Shown: positions 36,101-48,434 of the stretch, in pieces
Layout of the letters: every line of letters starts with the position of its first letter
How positions within the stretch are numbered: the first letter of the stretch is position 1
Origin: Chrysomallon squamiferum
Taxonomy: Eukaryota; Animalia; Mollusca
Assembly (NCBI GenBank): GCA_012295275.1
Contig: CM022665.1
Coordinates: 14,074,001 to 14,138,000 of the forward strand
Direction of reading: 5' to 3'
Length of the DNA: 64,000 nucleotides
Notes under the pieces: model-generated
Databases searched by the model: none
Seen by the model: the letters and a program-made list of their open reading frames with translations, nothing else
What the model was told of the DNA's origin: nothing
Position numbers and translations under genes: made by a program

Positions 36101-38292
36101 GGTGCTGTTTAAAATGAGTATATTTCTATGTTGATTATATTTTTAATAACTTGTAGGATGCATGTTTACTGACTTTTACTGCATATAATATGAATATGTT
36201 CTGAACTAAATGAAGTAACATTGTTTTGCAGATTACTATCTCCTATTAAAACAGGCAATTGTTTTGCTTTCAAAATTCTTGCAATAAACAGCAAATTAAG
36301 AATCATAAACTAACAAACTATACTACATAACAAAACACTGTATTCAGAGATGCTGAATAAAAAATAATCACATTTTTAATATCACAAATTTTATAAAATC
36401 ATAAACTGATTAGTTTTAAAACGGATTATTTTTGCTTGTTGATAAGCTCCAGAGAAAATTTCAACAATGGCCAGATGATAGGTAACTTTTGTTTGCAATC
36501 AAATCACAGCAAGTACAAAGCTAAGAAAATTATTTTATGTCTGCTTCAAATGAAAGACTTATACCACCTGTGTCTGCCTCTAGTCTCATGATTACATACA
36601 TTTTATTGTCCCTAATTAATACTTGCAACACATTTAAGGATTAGCTGAGTTTATATATTGCAGAAGTTTATAGTTAAACATCAAATGCTTGTAGTCCTTT
36701 TAAGTAACATTTATTTTATATATATATATATATATGATATATAAATATCACAGTATTTCAACTTATTACTACTAATTCTATAATAGAGTGAAAAATGAAG
36801 CTGCTTATGAAAATAAAGTTGTGCAGTTCTATATAAAGGTGTTTGACCCATATCAAAGTTCTTTATTGATTTTTTCAAAAGAGACCAAAACTGAAACCAC
36901 AGGTCTGAAAAAAATTAAGCTCATTTAACAAGTTGGTCCTAGTACTCTTGTTGAAACGGATCAAATACCCGTTGTACTGATTTGCATATATCTTTTTAAC
37001 TACTGGAGACAGTCATAATTTTTTAAGTGTGTTTTGTTTCTTTTTGCTCTAGCTTTCATTTCTTGTATATTATATGAAATTAAAGTCAGAAAAGGTTTGC
37101 CTGCCAATATTTAAAAACAGAATTGTTAAATATTTAGATAACCTAGAGCAGGGGTGTGCAACCTGCAGCCGAAGGAAGGATCATGTGCAGCTGTGGGAAG
37201 GATGTCACCTATCATATTTAATGTCTCTTTTGAATTATAACGAGGCTGCATATTAGTATAAACACTCATACACCATGAATTTCCTATGACTGTCAAATGC
37301 TGTATACAACAAGCTGTTATTTAATAAAAGTAATAAATAATATCAATAACTATTTTATTTTGACTTTGATGGGAATCACAGAGGAATGAAGTCCATTTTC
37401 ATGGAAAATGTAAACTCACCCATTATTTATATGCAGCATTTTAAATTACAGAGGTTCACTGTTAGAAATTATACTAAAACCATATATGTTACGCATTCAG
37501 ATTTTACAAAATCACAATGAAATTTGTGCAGCCACATAATGCCAGTGACGTTAAAGCACTGCAGCATACAAGATCAAAAAGTCTGCACGCCCCTAGCCTA
37601 GAGGAACAAAAAAAGGATATGGTCTTGGGAGTGATCAAATGAAGTCGCAAGATATGCTTGAAGGTAGAGCGGCTGGGAGATATGGTTCATGCGTGGAGGA
37701 AGGAATTAATTAATGATCAAGGTTTGTCTGGTTAAGGAGATATAGGCATTTTTGTTGGGGTTTTTACTGACTCTGGATCATAGTATTAGCAAATTAACAT
37801 ATTAAATCAATAGTGGGAAAAAATTGTACTTTTTCCAACAATTAACACTTTAATTTTCAAGATATTTCAAAAAATTTGGTCTCATTTTGTTATTTAAGGC
37901 TCAATCCTGTTAAAATTTTCTGGTTTCTCTATCTGAATTTTTAGTAACATAGTTACTTTATATAAAGATATAATTAATCATGATCCATAGTTTTTTAAAG
38001 TGATACATTATAATTTAATCAAATTTATGTTAAAAGATATAATATAGTATTTACAAAACATAGGAATCGAATTATTTCATTATTCGGATATCGATGACGA
38101 TATTTCCGAAGTTCCAAAATCGATTTATCATTTTCGGCTTTGGTGGGTTGAGGATAATTTAATATCTGATACGGCTGACAGATTATAAACGGATTAATCC
38201 TTGTGACTTTGAAATACTAAATTGATTTAATATAAACAACCTGCTCATTTCAAAATGACATTACATATGCATATTTACCTTTTCATTTTCAT
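26992..38292 (-). CDS. NOLC1: Nucleolar and coiled-body phosphoprotein 1 (Nopp140), ~1,900 aa if homopolymer frameshifts are corrected
   Basis: Minus-strand exons: 38292-38279 (MKMK), 35308-35234, 34848-34709, 34452(or 34455)-29141, 28727-28629, 27147-26992; phases 2,2,1,0,0 are consistent. Alternating K/P/A/T and S/D/E blocks plus SRP40_C terminus. Confidence 0.9.
28095..28582 (-). pseudogene. SGNH/GDSL hydrolase-like fragment, frameshifted and lacking block I, in last NOLC1 intron
   Basis: Frame A: WIHHGGA (block II)...VYLQIGGND (block III)...VIVGSVFPR...WHGLKK*. Shifted frame: [25 protein letters not shown] (block V DxxH), stop at 28095. Confidence 0.8.
28629..28727 (-). CDS. NOLC1: NOLC1 penultimate exon
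   Basis: ttttcag|[33 protein letters not shown]|gtaaag, the PFRR...DPRL.NSF start of SRP40_C. Confidence 0.95.
29141..34452 (-). CDS. NOLC1: NOLC1 giant repeat exon (~5.3 kb)
   Basis: ttgcagcag acceptor and AAG|gtttgt donor. Five abutting ORFs encode the same repeat and are broken only at homopolymer runs. Confidence 0.85.
30170..34010 (-). repeat. Coding minisatellite, 117-bp unit, ~33 copies ([39 protein letters not shown])
   Basis: Period measured directly (cttcatgggt at 30691 and 30808); span ~3,840 bp; degenerate units flank both sides. Confidence 0.95.
34709..34848 (-). CDS. NOLC1: NOLC1 exon 3
   Basis: ttaag|[48 protein letters not shown]|gtaagt. Confidence 0.85.
35234..35308 (-). 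CDS. NOLC1: NOLC1 exon 2 with basic NLS-like cluster
   Basis: aatag|[27 protein letters not shown]|gtatgt. Confidence 0.8.
35995..36105 (-). ncRNA. Candidate intronic H/ACA-like two-hairpin RNA
   Basis: Sense to NOLC1: hairpin (ACCAG/CTGGT, AATTGC/GCGATT, CATA/TATG), hinge AGGAAA, hairpin (AGT/ACT, CTGATT/AATCAG, CAC/GTG), then ACAttt. H box is non-canonical and the element is short. Confidence 0.35.
37149..37595. mobile_element. Non-autonomous hAT (Charlie/Buster-type) MITE
   Basis: TIRs caggggtgtgca / tgcacgccccta; 8-bp TSD acctagag / gcctagag (7/8 match, central TA). Confidence 0.85.
38279..38292 (-). CDS. NOLC1: NOLC1 putative first coding exon
   Basis: gaaacATGAAAATGAAAAG|gtaaat: A at -3, phase-2 donor matching exon 35308, adjacent to a CpG/ETS-rich promoter. 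Confidence 0.65.
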
Positions 38293-38299
38293 GTTTCCT

Positions 38300-38500
38300 T
38301 TCGATTTTTGTGCGCCTTTCGAAACACGTGTTGGGTAAATCCGGAAGAAGTTATTAAAATGCCCGGATGTTTCTAGTTCTTCTCCTGTATGGCGTAAACT
38401 ATAAACTAGACCGTGCACAGTCCCCAAAACAACATCTTCGAAGAAAATAAACTAGTCTCAGCTTCCGGCTGTAGTAAAAATAAAAACCGACAACTAGCTA
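38300..38500 (-). promoter_or_regulatory. Putative NOLC1 promoter
   Basis: Local CpG enrichment, ETS-like CCGGAAG (38341), CCGGATG (38363), CTTCCGG (38462), and E-box CACGTG (38325) consistent with Myc control of ribosome-biogenesis genes. Confidence 0.6.
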
Positions 38501-41500
38501 AATAAATAAGTAAATAATTTTTATGATAAATTCATTTTTAATAATAACTTGCACACAACGAAAATAACTAACCCATTAAATTAAATTCGGTGGAACAATC
38601 CCAATATTACCAGCTGCAACTTGCTACAGTCTAAAATAAAATATTAAATAGATTTGTATTTAATTGTAAACAAGTAACCGATCTAAGATACATAAACTAT
38701 GACATATAAACATGAATGTGTTAATGTTATTTTTGTTTATATTGTGTATTTTAGCAAATGCTGCACAGGTATACGACGACAACACTATATCGTATCTTCA
38801 AAGAAGATTTTTTATGAGGGAAATGACTGGTCTAATCGTGTTTATATGCGAAAATAAATGTAATCAAAATCTGAAAACATTTGTTTTCTCTTGTAAATTA
38901 AGTGGATCTTGAACCAAATGTATTATGTATTGATTGAACAAATTATAAATAATAATTTATTAAAACTATATATATATTTTTTTTTTTTTGTTCAACAATT
39001 CTTTCTGAATAATAGTAAACACACACACACATTTTCGTAAATAACGTACAAGCTTTTAATGATGAATTGTTAGTATTCTCAGGAAATTTTCTGCAGCAAC
39101 TACTGAATGGGCAACATTCAGCTTTATATATCATTATCTATTATTCGTTTGAAGGTACAGTACGGTACTTATTTAGTATGTTTACATACCAGCCACATCC
39201 TGTTTATTTTATTCGGTCTGGAAGATTATCTATAATCGGCGTCCAGCATTATTATAAAGAATCATTTCGCTAACTCTGAAACGCAGGTTGCTAGTGCAGG
39301 ACAGGCTTATAATTAATGCAGTGTCTGCCAAGTTTGATCATTTTCATGTGCAGCAGTTATTTAAAAGTTTGGAATTGTATTGTTTTTTGCAAATATCCCG
39401 CTTTGGTGCTTTACTCATTGCTTTGTTTGTCCCTAATAATTCCACTATAAGATTATTATTTCTTATGCGTATGTTTAAATCTAAAAATCTAATGCCACTG
39501 AAAATGTTCATATTTTTTAAACTTTTATTAGTTAAAGGAAAAATTAAAGCTCGATATATATAACGAGCAAAGGACTTTTATATACACATCTGTGGTATAG
39601 GAAAATGCAAACTGAGCTTTGTCAGTGGTAAAGCACTCGCTGGATTCGGAGGTGTTCCAATGAATGCAGTGAGAAAACTTTCATTTAACATTAATGATTT
39701 AAAATATGTGTCTACTAAATTCACCAACGTACAGTGTTCATGTTACAGAATAAAAAGTATATTTTCTTGATTACCTATCCGACTGCTTAGATTTTTTCAA
39801 TTAGAAATGCTCTTATTTATTTTTTAATTTAATTTAATTTTTTCTTTATTTTTTTTCTTTGTTATTATTAATTTAATATAATCATATTTTTAATTTTATG
39901 AAACCTATACCTTATTTCATATTTAAAAACAATTATTTTAAATATTTATTTTGTTCAAATATGGTTTGGTCTGAACTAAAAAACAAACAAAAAAACACAA
40001 AAAAACAAACGAGAAGACAAAAAGTATTGTATTCATTAGATGCATATAAATCAGACAGCATGTATATGTATTTGTTTTCATAAATTATTTTGTTCTATGA
40101 ATATAGTGAAACGAACAATAATCTTACAGAAGCCATTCTTTTCTTCTTTTTTTCTTCTTCTCATCATCATCATCATCATTATTATTATTATCATTATTAG
40201 TGGTAGTAGTAGTAGTCGTAGTATTGTGGTTGTCGTTGTTGCTGTTGCTGTTATTACTGTTATTCAACAATTCGATTCTTTTCATTTTATTTTTAAGGTT
40301 TAATAAGGTTTAAGGTTAAATATTTAGTCACTTCTGCTATTGTTAAGATTACTGTAACTTTTCCACCTGTCAGATTATTTACCGGAATTGCCTGGAAACT
40401 AGGTTTAAAATTGTATTAATTTGTAAAATACTGTTTCGTTCTTTACTTTTTATTGTTTATTTTAGATTTTCAGTTCAGACCACCTCTTAACTGCGATCGT
40501 GTTACGATCTGACGAACCAAACGTAACTCGTAATGGACTTTAAGATTTTTGACAGTTTATGAAATTTTAATCTGCGTTTTTCATTTCTGCCAGACAAGAT
40601 AAACAACATATCTCTCTCTTAATTTTTTATATTCATTTATATATTTTTATTATGATGACGATATAATTATTATTTTAATTATTTTTATTTTATTTTTTTC
40701 GATCGTATGTACGGTACTAACTGGACGAAACCTTGATCCAGAGATCCAGAAAATCCAGACATCCAGGTCATCTCCAGTCAAAAATAAAGTATAATAATAA
40801 TAATAATAATAACAATAAGAAGAAGAAGAAGAAGAAGAAAAGGAAGAACAAAGAAAGAAAGAAAGAAAAATCAGTGAACTTTAAACTGCATGAAATAAAC
40901 ACTTTTTTTTTAATTTTAAAATAAAACTATAAACAATGCAAAAATATTAGAACAGAAAATTCAAACACTGAATAATACTATACATTACTGACTTTAAACG
41001 AATTTATGTTTCATTCTTTTTTAAAATTAATCAGTACTACATTAGTATTCTCATATTTACTTTACTTATTTTAAAATATTTCTGTAATAGTTACTTAAAT
41101 TTTAGAAAAGAAAAAACGGCCGGAACAGTAACAAAATATAATAACTTACGTAAAAATAAGTACTCTATTTAAACAATGAATTCAACATAATAATAAAATA
41201 ACTTTTCAAAATGACAGGGGAGATAAATTGTTCTTCTTATTTAATGGATGGTCTCCCTTTGGGCATTAAAAAACTATATCCTAAAAACCACACACATATA
41301 TATATATTAAAAATAAGAAAAGGGTTTGCCTGTTTGTCTTTTGCTTTCTTTCTTTTTTTTCTTTTTTTTTCTTTAGCATGAAAATATTTTTATAAAAGGA
41401 ACAAACCTAAGACTGTCATTTTTTAAATTTAATACCAGTCAGAGACAAAACTTCGCTTCTATGGGGTACCAGAGAAAAAAGATAGCGAGAAAAGGAAAAA

Positions 41501-42489
41501 CAGAAAAAGATAAAGCTATGCCGACCTAGATTAAAACTGATGGGATGGGATAGGACTGATAGTAAACAGTACACCCAAGATGTGACCAAATAAACACCAC
41601 ATACGAAATTTGGATTTAAAAAAAATAATAATAAAAAAATTATTAATAATAATATTATTATTATTATTTTAAATTTAATTATTTTTTAAATTATTTTTTA
41701 GATCAAAATAATTTTTGATTTCTAGTATACTTTACATTTTCGAGTTCTACTTCGGTTCCCTGCCAATTAGGACCAGAAAAAAAACCCACAACCATAATTA
41801 TATATTCCCACACGATCCTTATACTTACAAACTCAAATGTAATGAAGGCAAAAAATAAATAACAGAAAAATCTTATTTGGTGATACTGACTTAAAATGAA
41901 ACAGGTTACGTAGTATACTATGTAACAAGACATAACGTTAGATGTCAGTTGTCAAAACAACAGCATATTTGTTGGCTATAAGGTTTGTGGAAAAAGGGCG
42001 ACATACGAAGAGAGACTGTGTGTGTGTGTGTGTGTGTGTGTGTTATAAAACGTATATCTTTTTAAAAAATGACTCTGAACTAGGGTGTGGTAATAATTTG
42101 AAAAAAATGTAATAGGCCTGCACGGTTCAAAAAAGAAAAATTAACGAAACAGAGACCCCCCACCCCAAAAAAAGAAAGAAATGTAACGCTTGATCACTGC
42201 TCCAGTTTCCATAAGATATTCTAAATCCTGCCTAGAAATTTTAATAAAAATAAATAAAGATTCCATGTTAATTTTCATTGTATTAATTTGAGTTTGAACA
42301 CTGTGGTTTGTAGTTTTGAACCATGTAATTTGCATTTATTTACTGGAAGAAAATAATTAATTTACGAAATGTAAACATTCAAACAGATTATATTTTAATA
42401 GGATTTAGTGTTGATGCAATACTTATTATAATTTCTCAACTGTATTTTGGGAGAGAATATTTAGTACATTCACAATAAAAAGAAAATAT

Positions 42490-43440
42490 CCAAGGCCCCG
42501 CCTGTGTTCTATCAACCGTATAGTTCTGGCGCTGAAACGCATATATGATATCTCTAGGACACAGCTTCGATTAATCACGCCCGACGACGTAACGTCACTT
42601 TCCGGTACTACTTTTTTTTCCATGAACGCAATCCACAAATCAAGAAAATTCGTCTGCTTTGAAGTCGGCAGTTAACCCTATCACATCAATATAAATGCCG
42701 TCCGTGTTACACAAAATTGCCTCCCTTGTTTCCACTTTTCAACGTGACGACCGACCTTTCGCTTTGCCCTGTTTTAGCCGTTCGTATCGGCTTATTTTTC
42801 CGTGCTGTTCGGGGGAAGATGTTTTATAACGGGAACAGCCGGTAGATATTTCTATTTTGTCTTCAATTAAAACACACAAAAACAAAGTCATATGTGATAA
42901 AATTTTATTTCACTTACCAACTACAATTTTTATTTACTGGAACTATGTTATTTAAAAGTGCAATACTAGCTGCTATGGCTGCCTTACAACTGGCGTCAAG
43001 AAAAAATGAATAACAACAATTGCGTGCCCAATAATATGAAACCTGGCCTTTTGTTGACGTCAGTACGAAAGCCCTTTGGCAAACTGATGCTGATCTTTTA
43101 ACCTCCCCATTAGTAAGCCAAAAATATAATTTATCTGAAATAAATTAATATAAAATTGTACAAGTTGGTAAAATCAGAGAAACAAATATTTGTTTCAATA
43201 TATATATATTTTTAAATATCATTCTAAAATCCATTATTCATAAAGTTTTATTGATTTTATCGAACTGTTGCGCTATGCGGGAGGTGAAAAGATTGGCTAA
43301 TTGAAACGACAGAATTGAAAAGAATGCTGGAGACGCTTTACAACTTTATTGCAGTAACCATCCGCTCAGTCAAGGGAGAGTAGAAAAGAATTCCGAGGTA
43401 CTTTTCAGCGGATGCTGCGTGCCAAATCCGCGCATTATGA
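42490..43440 (+). promoter_or_regulatory. Putative ARID1 promoter and 5' UTR region
   Basis: CpG-rich stretch with GC box GGCCCCGCC (~42495), ACGTCAC plus TTCCGG (~42592-42605), full CRE TGACGTCA (43055), ATTGG (~43292), and candidate donors at ~42842 and ~43398. Confidence 0.55.
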
Positions 43441-43881
43441 GTATAGTTTATTACACATGTTCGACTGAGTAGATATACAAGGAGTAAATGGAATTGCATG
43501 ACAGCGTGTTATGTTTTGTCCGGAAACACGCCATTGCGCATGAATCCAGTAACAAAAAATCTCTATTCCCGCTTGTTATTGAAGTGTACAATGTAATACC
43601 AGTGTGTTTAAGGCCATGCTGCCAACCGCCTGAGTATACTACCCTAATTTTTATAAATATTGTTTTAAAACACGTATTCGGGAGAAAGATAAGAACTATC
43701 GAGGAAAGTTCGATAAACATTGTAGGACATACATCAAGAATCTGAAGGCGGTTCACACGATTTTTCGGTCGCTGCGTTATGAATTATGTTGTTCCAGGTT
43801 GGCACTCCGAACAAAAAAGACAGGGATATAGTACAGCCTGAGTCACCGGGTTTGGTACCAACAAATCGGTGAGTATCTGGG

Positions 43882-46234
43882 ATGGAAAATGCCACCATTG
43901 ATGATGATACAGACCGAATGGTAATGCACAATAAGCTTTGCTCGCCTAACCAGATGAGTGATTCTGTCGCAATGGACTCTTTTCAAGATGGTGGCCAGCA
44001 AAATATAACCAACACTGAAACGAATTTTTCACCGATGGAAGGAATGAATTCAGAGATGAATAACTTTCCGCCATCCTCTGGTGATCACGGTATAAGTACT
44101 GAAAATTTTAACAGCATGCATCATAGCCAGATGCCAGGTTACAGTTCTTTCAACAGGGGCAATTACACCCTTGGTGAACAACATGGTGGTATGCCCATGG
44201 CTGGGAGCACAGATTTTGGGACGCCAATTTCTCAGTACCATGGACAATTTTCCCAATCCCCAGTTAGACCAGGCTATCCAACTATGGCTAAACCTGTGAT
44301 AAGTCAATCACGTCCAGGAATGGGTCCCCCTGGAATGGGTATGATGTCACCTCCAGGGTACAATCAAAGTTCTCAGCGGATGATGTCAGGCCAAACAATA
44401 TCTCAACAAGGAGGGCCTACACCAACATTAAATCAACTCTTACAAACTAATGCTGTACCACAGCGATATCCGAACAGTTACAATGAATTTACTGGTGGGT
44501 CCATGAAGGGGTCAGAGATGGGAGGAGGGAACATGCCTTATAATATGCAACAAAACTGGAATGCAAACCAGAGAGGGGTTGGTTCCTTTTCACAGGGGTC
44601 CATACCAAGCACCTCTGCATTTAGAAATCAAGTGAGTGAAATCACTGTAAACGGTTTAACCCGTTTTATATGTTGTCCTGTTGAGTTACGTCAACATATA
44701 TTGGTGTGTCAAGATTAAACAGCTTCTGTTTTAAGTAGTTTTAGGTAGATTTATACTGTTGATGTTTAATACTAGTTATTACATTTTAACAGTAAATTCA
44801 CCCATTTAGCCATTTTGTTTAAAAGTAGCTTACAGTTGTATAATTTTTTGATGTTTTTTTTCACCAGTTTTTAAGTCAACTGATTTAGTGAATACAATGA
44901 CATTTTACTTAATTTTTATGTTAAAAAGATTTTTTCTTTTTTTAATGATGGAATTAATTTTAAACAGATTACATTATTGATTTAAAATGTAACGTATTGA
45001 ACCAGTTAAATTTTACTAATGTCTGATTTAAAGAAAAATAAAAGAAATGAAACACTATTATAATTTATATCAAAATAATTAACAGTGTATGCTATTGATA
45101 TATTTGCAATTAAAATGATATTAAAATGTTTGCTTTCAAATTATTATATCAAGTCTGAACATTATAGGAACTGAAGTAATAAACTGAAGATATATTTGAT
45201 GTCTGATAATTGTTCCATAAAAAGTTAAAATTATAAAATTGTAAAACAAAAGTCAGAATTGTAATTGACAAGATAATGTTCATCCGAGAAAGTAACTAAA
45301 ATGTCATTTGTGAGCATTTTAATATTTTTGATACAAAAAAAACAACATAGAAATAAGTCCAAAACCAAAATTTTATAACATACAAAACTTGTCCTTCAAG
45401 TGACAAAACAAATCTTTAAAAAAAAAGAAAAAAAAAAAGAAGAAAAATTAAAATATTGAAAGAAACAAACTAAATGTCTTAAGTAATAATAAAAAGGAAA
45501 CTTTTATGAAGTCTTACAAAATTCAAGATAACATGTTTTGTTCTCATTTCAAGATCTCAAAAATCTAAGCGGAATATCAGATTGAAAAACATTTTTATTA
45601 TCAAAAAAACAGTGCTAGAGAAGACTTTCACCTATAATTTTAAAGAAGAATAATTAACTGGTGTTGAACACTTTAATATATGCTTTAATTCACCACCTGT
45701 CAATATTTGTACTTTAATCACATCTGGCTAAATAGTTAAAATGCATTTCATTCACTGCTGGCATTTTTTTTTTCTCCCCTTCTGTTTTCAGCAATAGCAC
45801 ATGCTTCATTCTTTAAAAATATATTACTTTTCTTTTCTTTTTTTTGTGCTATTTTTATATTGACTCATTATACAGACGTTACAACTTGTATTTATAGGTT
45901 GCTCTAAGGTCAGTGTTACACAAGCTTCCTTTAAGCCATGTGTTTTTATTTACACTCATCTCATTATGCTTATTAGCCATGTGCTTTGTCACTGAAATTG
46001 ATATTCCTGGCAGCTTGGCATAAGCTTTTGTCAGGCTGTGTTTGAAAAGATCTTTTGTTCGCCATTTAGCATTGTGGTTTCTATGGTTTAATTGAGCAAG
46101 ACAAAAACATTTTTACACTCTGTACACAAAATACACATAAGCATTTCTCATAATGTTTAATTGGAATGGTGATTTTTTTAAATGCATCATTACATCATTT
46201 AAACAATTATCAATTGAAAAAAAACAAGTATTTA

Positions 46235-46265
<31 letters not shown>

Positions 46266-48434
46266 ATCTTATTTTGGTTTTAGTCACTGAGATTTGTGAG
46301 AAAACAATGACCATTCAGTTTTTCATCACAGTTTATCAGCTACAGATTTTTACACAATCTTTTTATTTATGTGTTTGAATACAGCTTGTGCATACAACAG
46401 TTATACAGGATTAACAAGTGAAAACCAAATTTCATAGATGCATAAATATCACATTAATTCTGTAACTGTTTTTGTATAAAAGACATTCCAGATTTTGGCC
46501 AATAGCTTATTAAAAAATGAGAGTAACGTGTATGGGCTGTAGAAACATAGCCCAAAGTATTATTGGGAGCAGGATCAAGTCTGTACTGTCACTGGCGTAT
46601 TTTTCATATTCTGGTTTATCAAAGTCGATGTTCTATGCTTTTCTATCTGAACTGCAATGTGCGTGAAAAAGCACTGCTTCTAATTGAGAAATTAACAAGA
46701 AACCTAGTGCATTATGGTAGTTAGTTTCCTCACTTGTGTTTGCTTATTAATAATATGCATTAAATATGTCTAAATTAAACAAAACATTTTTTTTCTTTAA
46801 ATTTTCATAACAGTAGTTTATGGAATATATTTACTTGCTTTTATCTTTTTGTCCATGATACAGTACATAATTGTACACCTGTAGAATATGATAATGACAG
46901 TCACTGTATAATTTGTCCACCTGAATGTAATTTCCATTTATGTAATAATGCTTGTTTTGTCATAATATATTTTTTATCATATGTCTTGAAAATATTTAAA
47001 AGTAGAAAATGTGAATTGTCACATTACTTGATCTTATTAGCCCATTTTGTAATGATTAGTTGTTGTTTTTTATATATCTATATCATTATTGTAACTGATT
47101 TATATTATTTACAGATTGGTTCAGTGCCAGCTGAAATGAATCAACAAAGGAGACCAGGAGGAATAGCACCTGGGTATCAGGCAGGGCCAACAGCAGGGCC
47201 TGGACCTTATGGAGGACAACACCCTAGCCATTTTCCATCAGGTGCACAGAGATTTTCACTGATGGGGAACCAGTCTGGCAGACCTCCAGGAATGTCCACT
47301 CAAGAATATTCTCAACAAATGGTTAGTGTAATACCTACATTAAATTATGAAAGATAACCAGTTATTTAAAAAAAATAACACCAAGGCAGTTGCAGTATTT
47401 TCACAATATAGAAAAATAGCTTAAACATCATTATTTAGTAACTAACCTGTTATTGAAATTATTTCTGACATTATTTCTAAAATAATTTTTATAAATGTTG
47501 ATTCTTTTCCAAACATTGTCGACTGTAAACGCAGCATTTTTTTTAAAATTTAATTTGATGGGGGGTGAAAAAAGAAAATAAATTATTGGTAGTGACAGTA
47601 ATTTTTAAATATATAAATAAATTTATTGCTTAAACATTACAAGTATTTTTTTGATATTACACAATAGGGAACAGGCACCCATAGGTATAAATATATTAAA
47701 GTCAAATTATAAACTATACTTGGTATTTTTGCAGCAAATAATAGTTCTATTGAAAATAGATGTTATTTCTCTTTCTTTTTTTTAAAGATGCATTCACAGT
47801 ATGGTTCTATGGGATTCAGCCAAGGTATGCCTCCCTCTTCCCAACATCAAAGTTTTATTTCACAGCAAACACAGCAGCATCCACATCCCCCTGGACAGTC
47901 ATCACCCTCATTGCAATCCCAGAATACTGTTCCAACATCCCCACTGCAAGCTCTTCAGCAACAAGCTGCTCAACTAAGCCAGTCCCCTGTCCCACAGAAT
48001 TTGGACCAAGGCAATGCTCAAGTATGTAATAATACTGATAAAACTTTTTAAAAAAGGAGATTTTGACTTGTGACACAGATTGTGTTTGTAACATGAGTTA
48101 TATTTTCAATAATGTATTATAAATGTTAACTTGTTTGAATAGTAATTTGTAAAGATTAAGTTACATTATAAATCTCTACTTTTAACTTATTATTTTTTGT
48201 CAAAATTGTATTTAAAGCTATGATTAACTGAATATTTAAAATTTATTTACAATACTTTAATTTTGTGAAACCTTATGTATGTACATCTGTGGTTGTCGTA
48301 ATAATAATCTGCCTTTTTTATTTTTACGTTTTACATTAGTTTGAAATACCTCTTTATTTTCAATGTTTTTGATTTTCCAGTTAGAAAATCATAAACAAAC
48401 AAACAAGAAAGCAGTTGATGATGATGAAAAAACA
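43882..48434 (+). CDS. ARID1: ARID1/osa (SWI/SNF BAF250 subunit), N-terminal exons; gene continues beyond window
   Basis: Exons 43882-44631, 47115-47321, 47788-48021 and probable 48381-48434, all phase 0. Low-complexity G/P/Q/M/S N-terminus containing GPTPTLNQLLQ, the LxxLL motif conserved in ARID1A/B and Drosophila osa. The ARID domain itself is not in the window. Confidence 0.8.

Noticed and set aside
36174-36242. Possible extra NOLC1 exon (tttaatag acceptor, gtcagt donor)
   Set aside because: In the phase required by the flanking exons it reads AGA TAG, an immediate stop.
39612-39660. tRNA-like cagtggtaaagcactcg
   Set aside because: No cloverleaf; best explained as a truncated SINE head.
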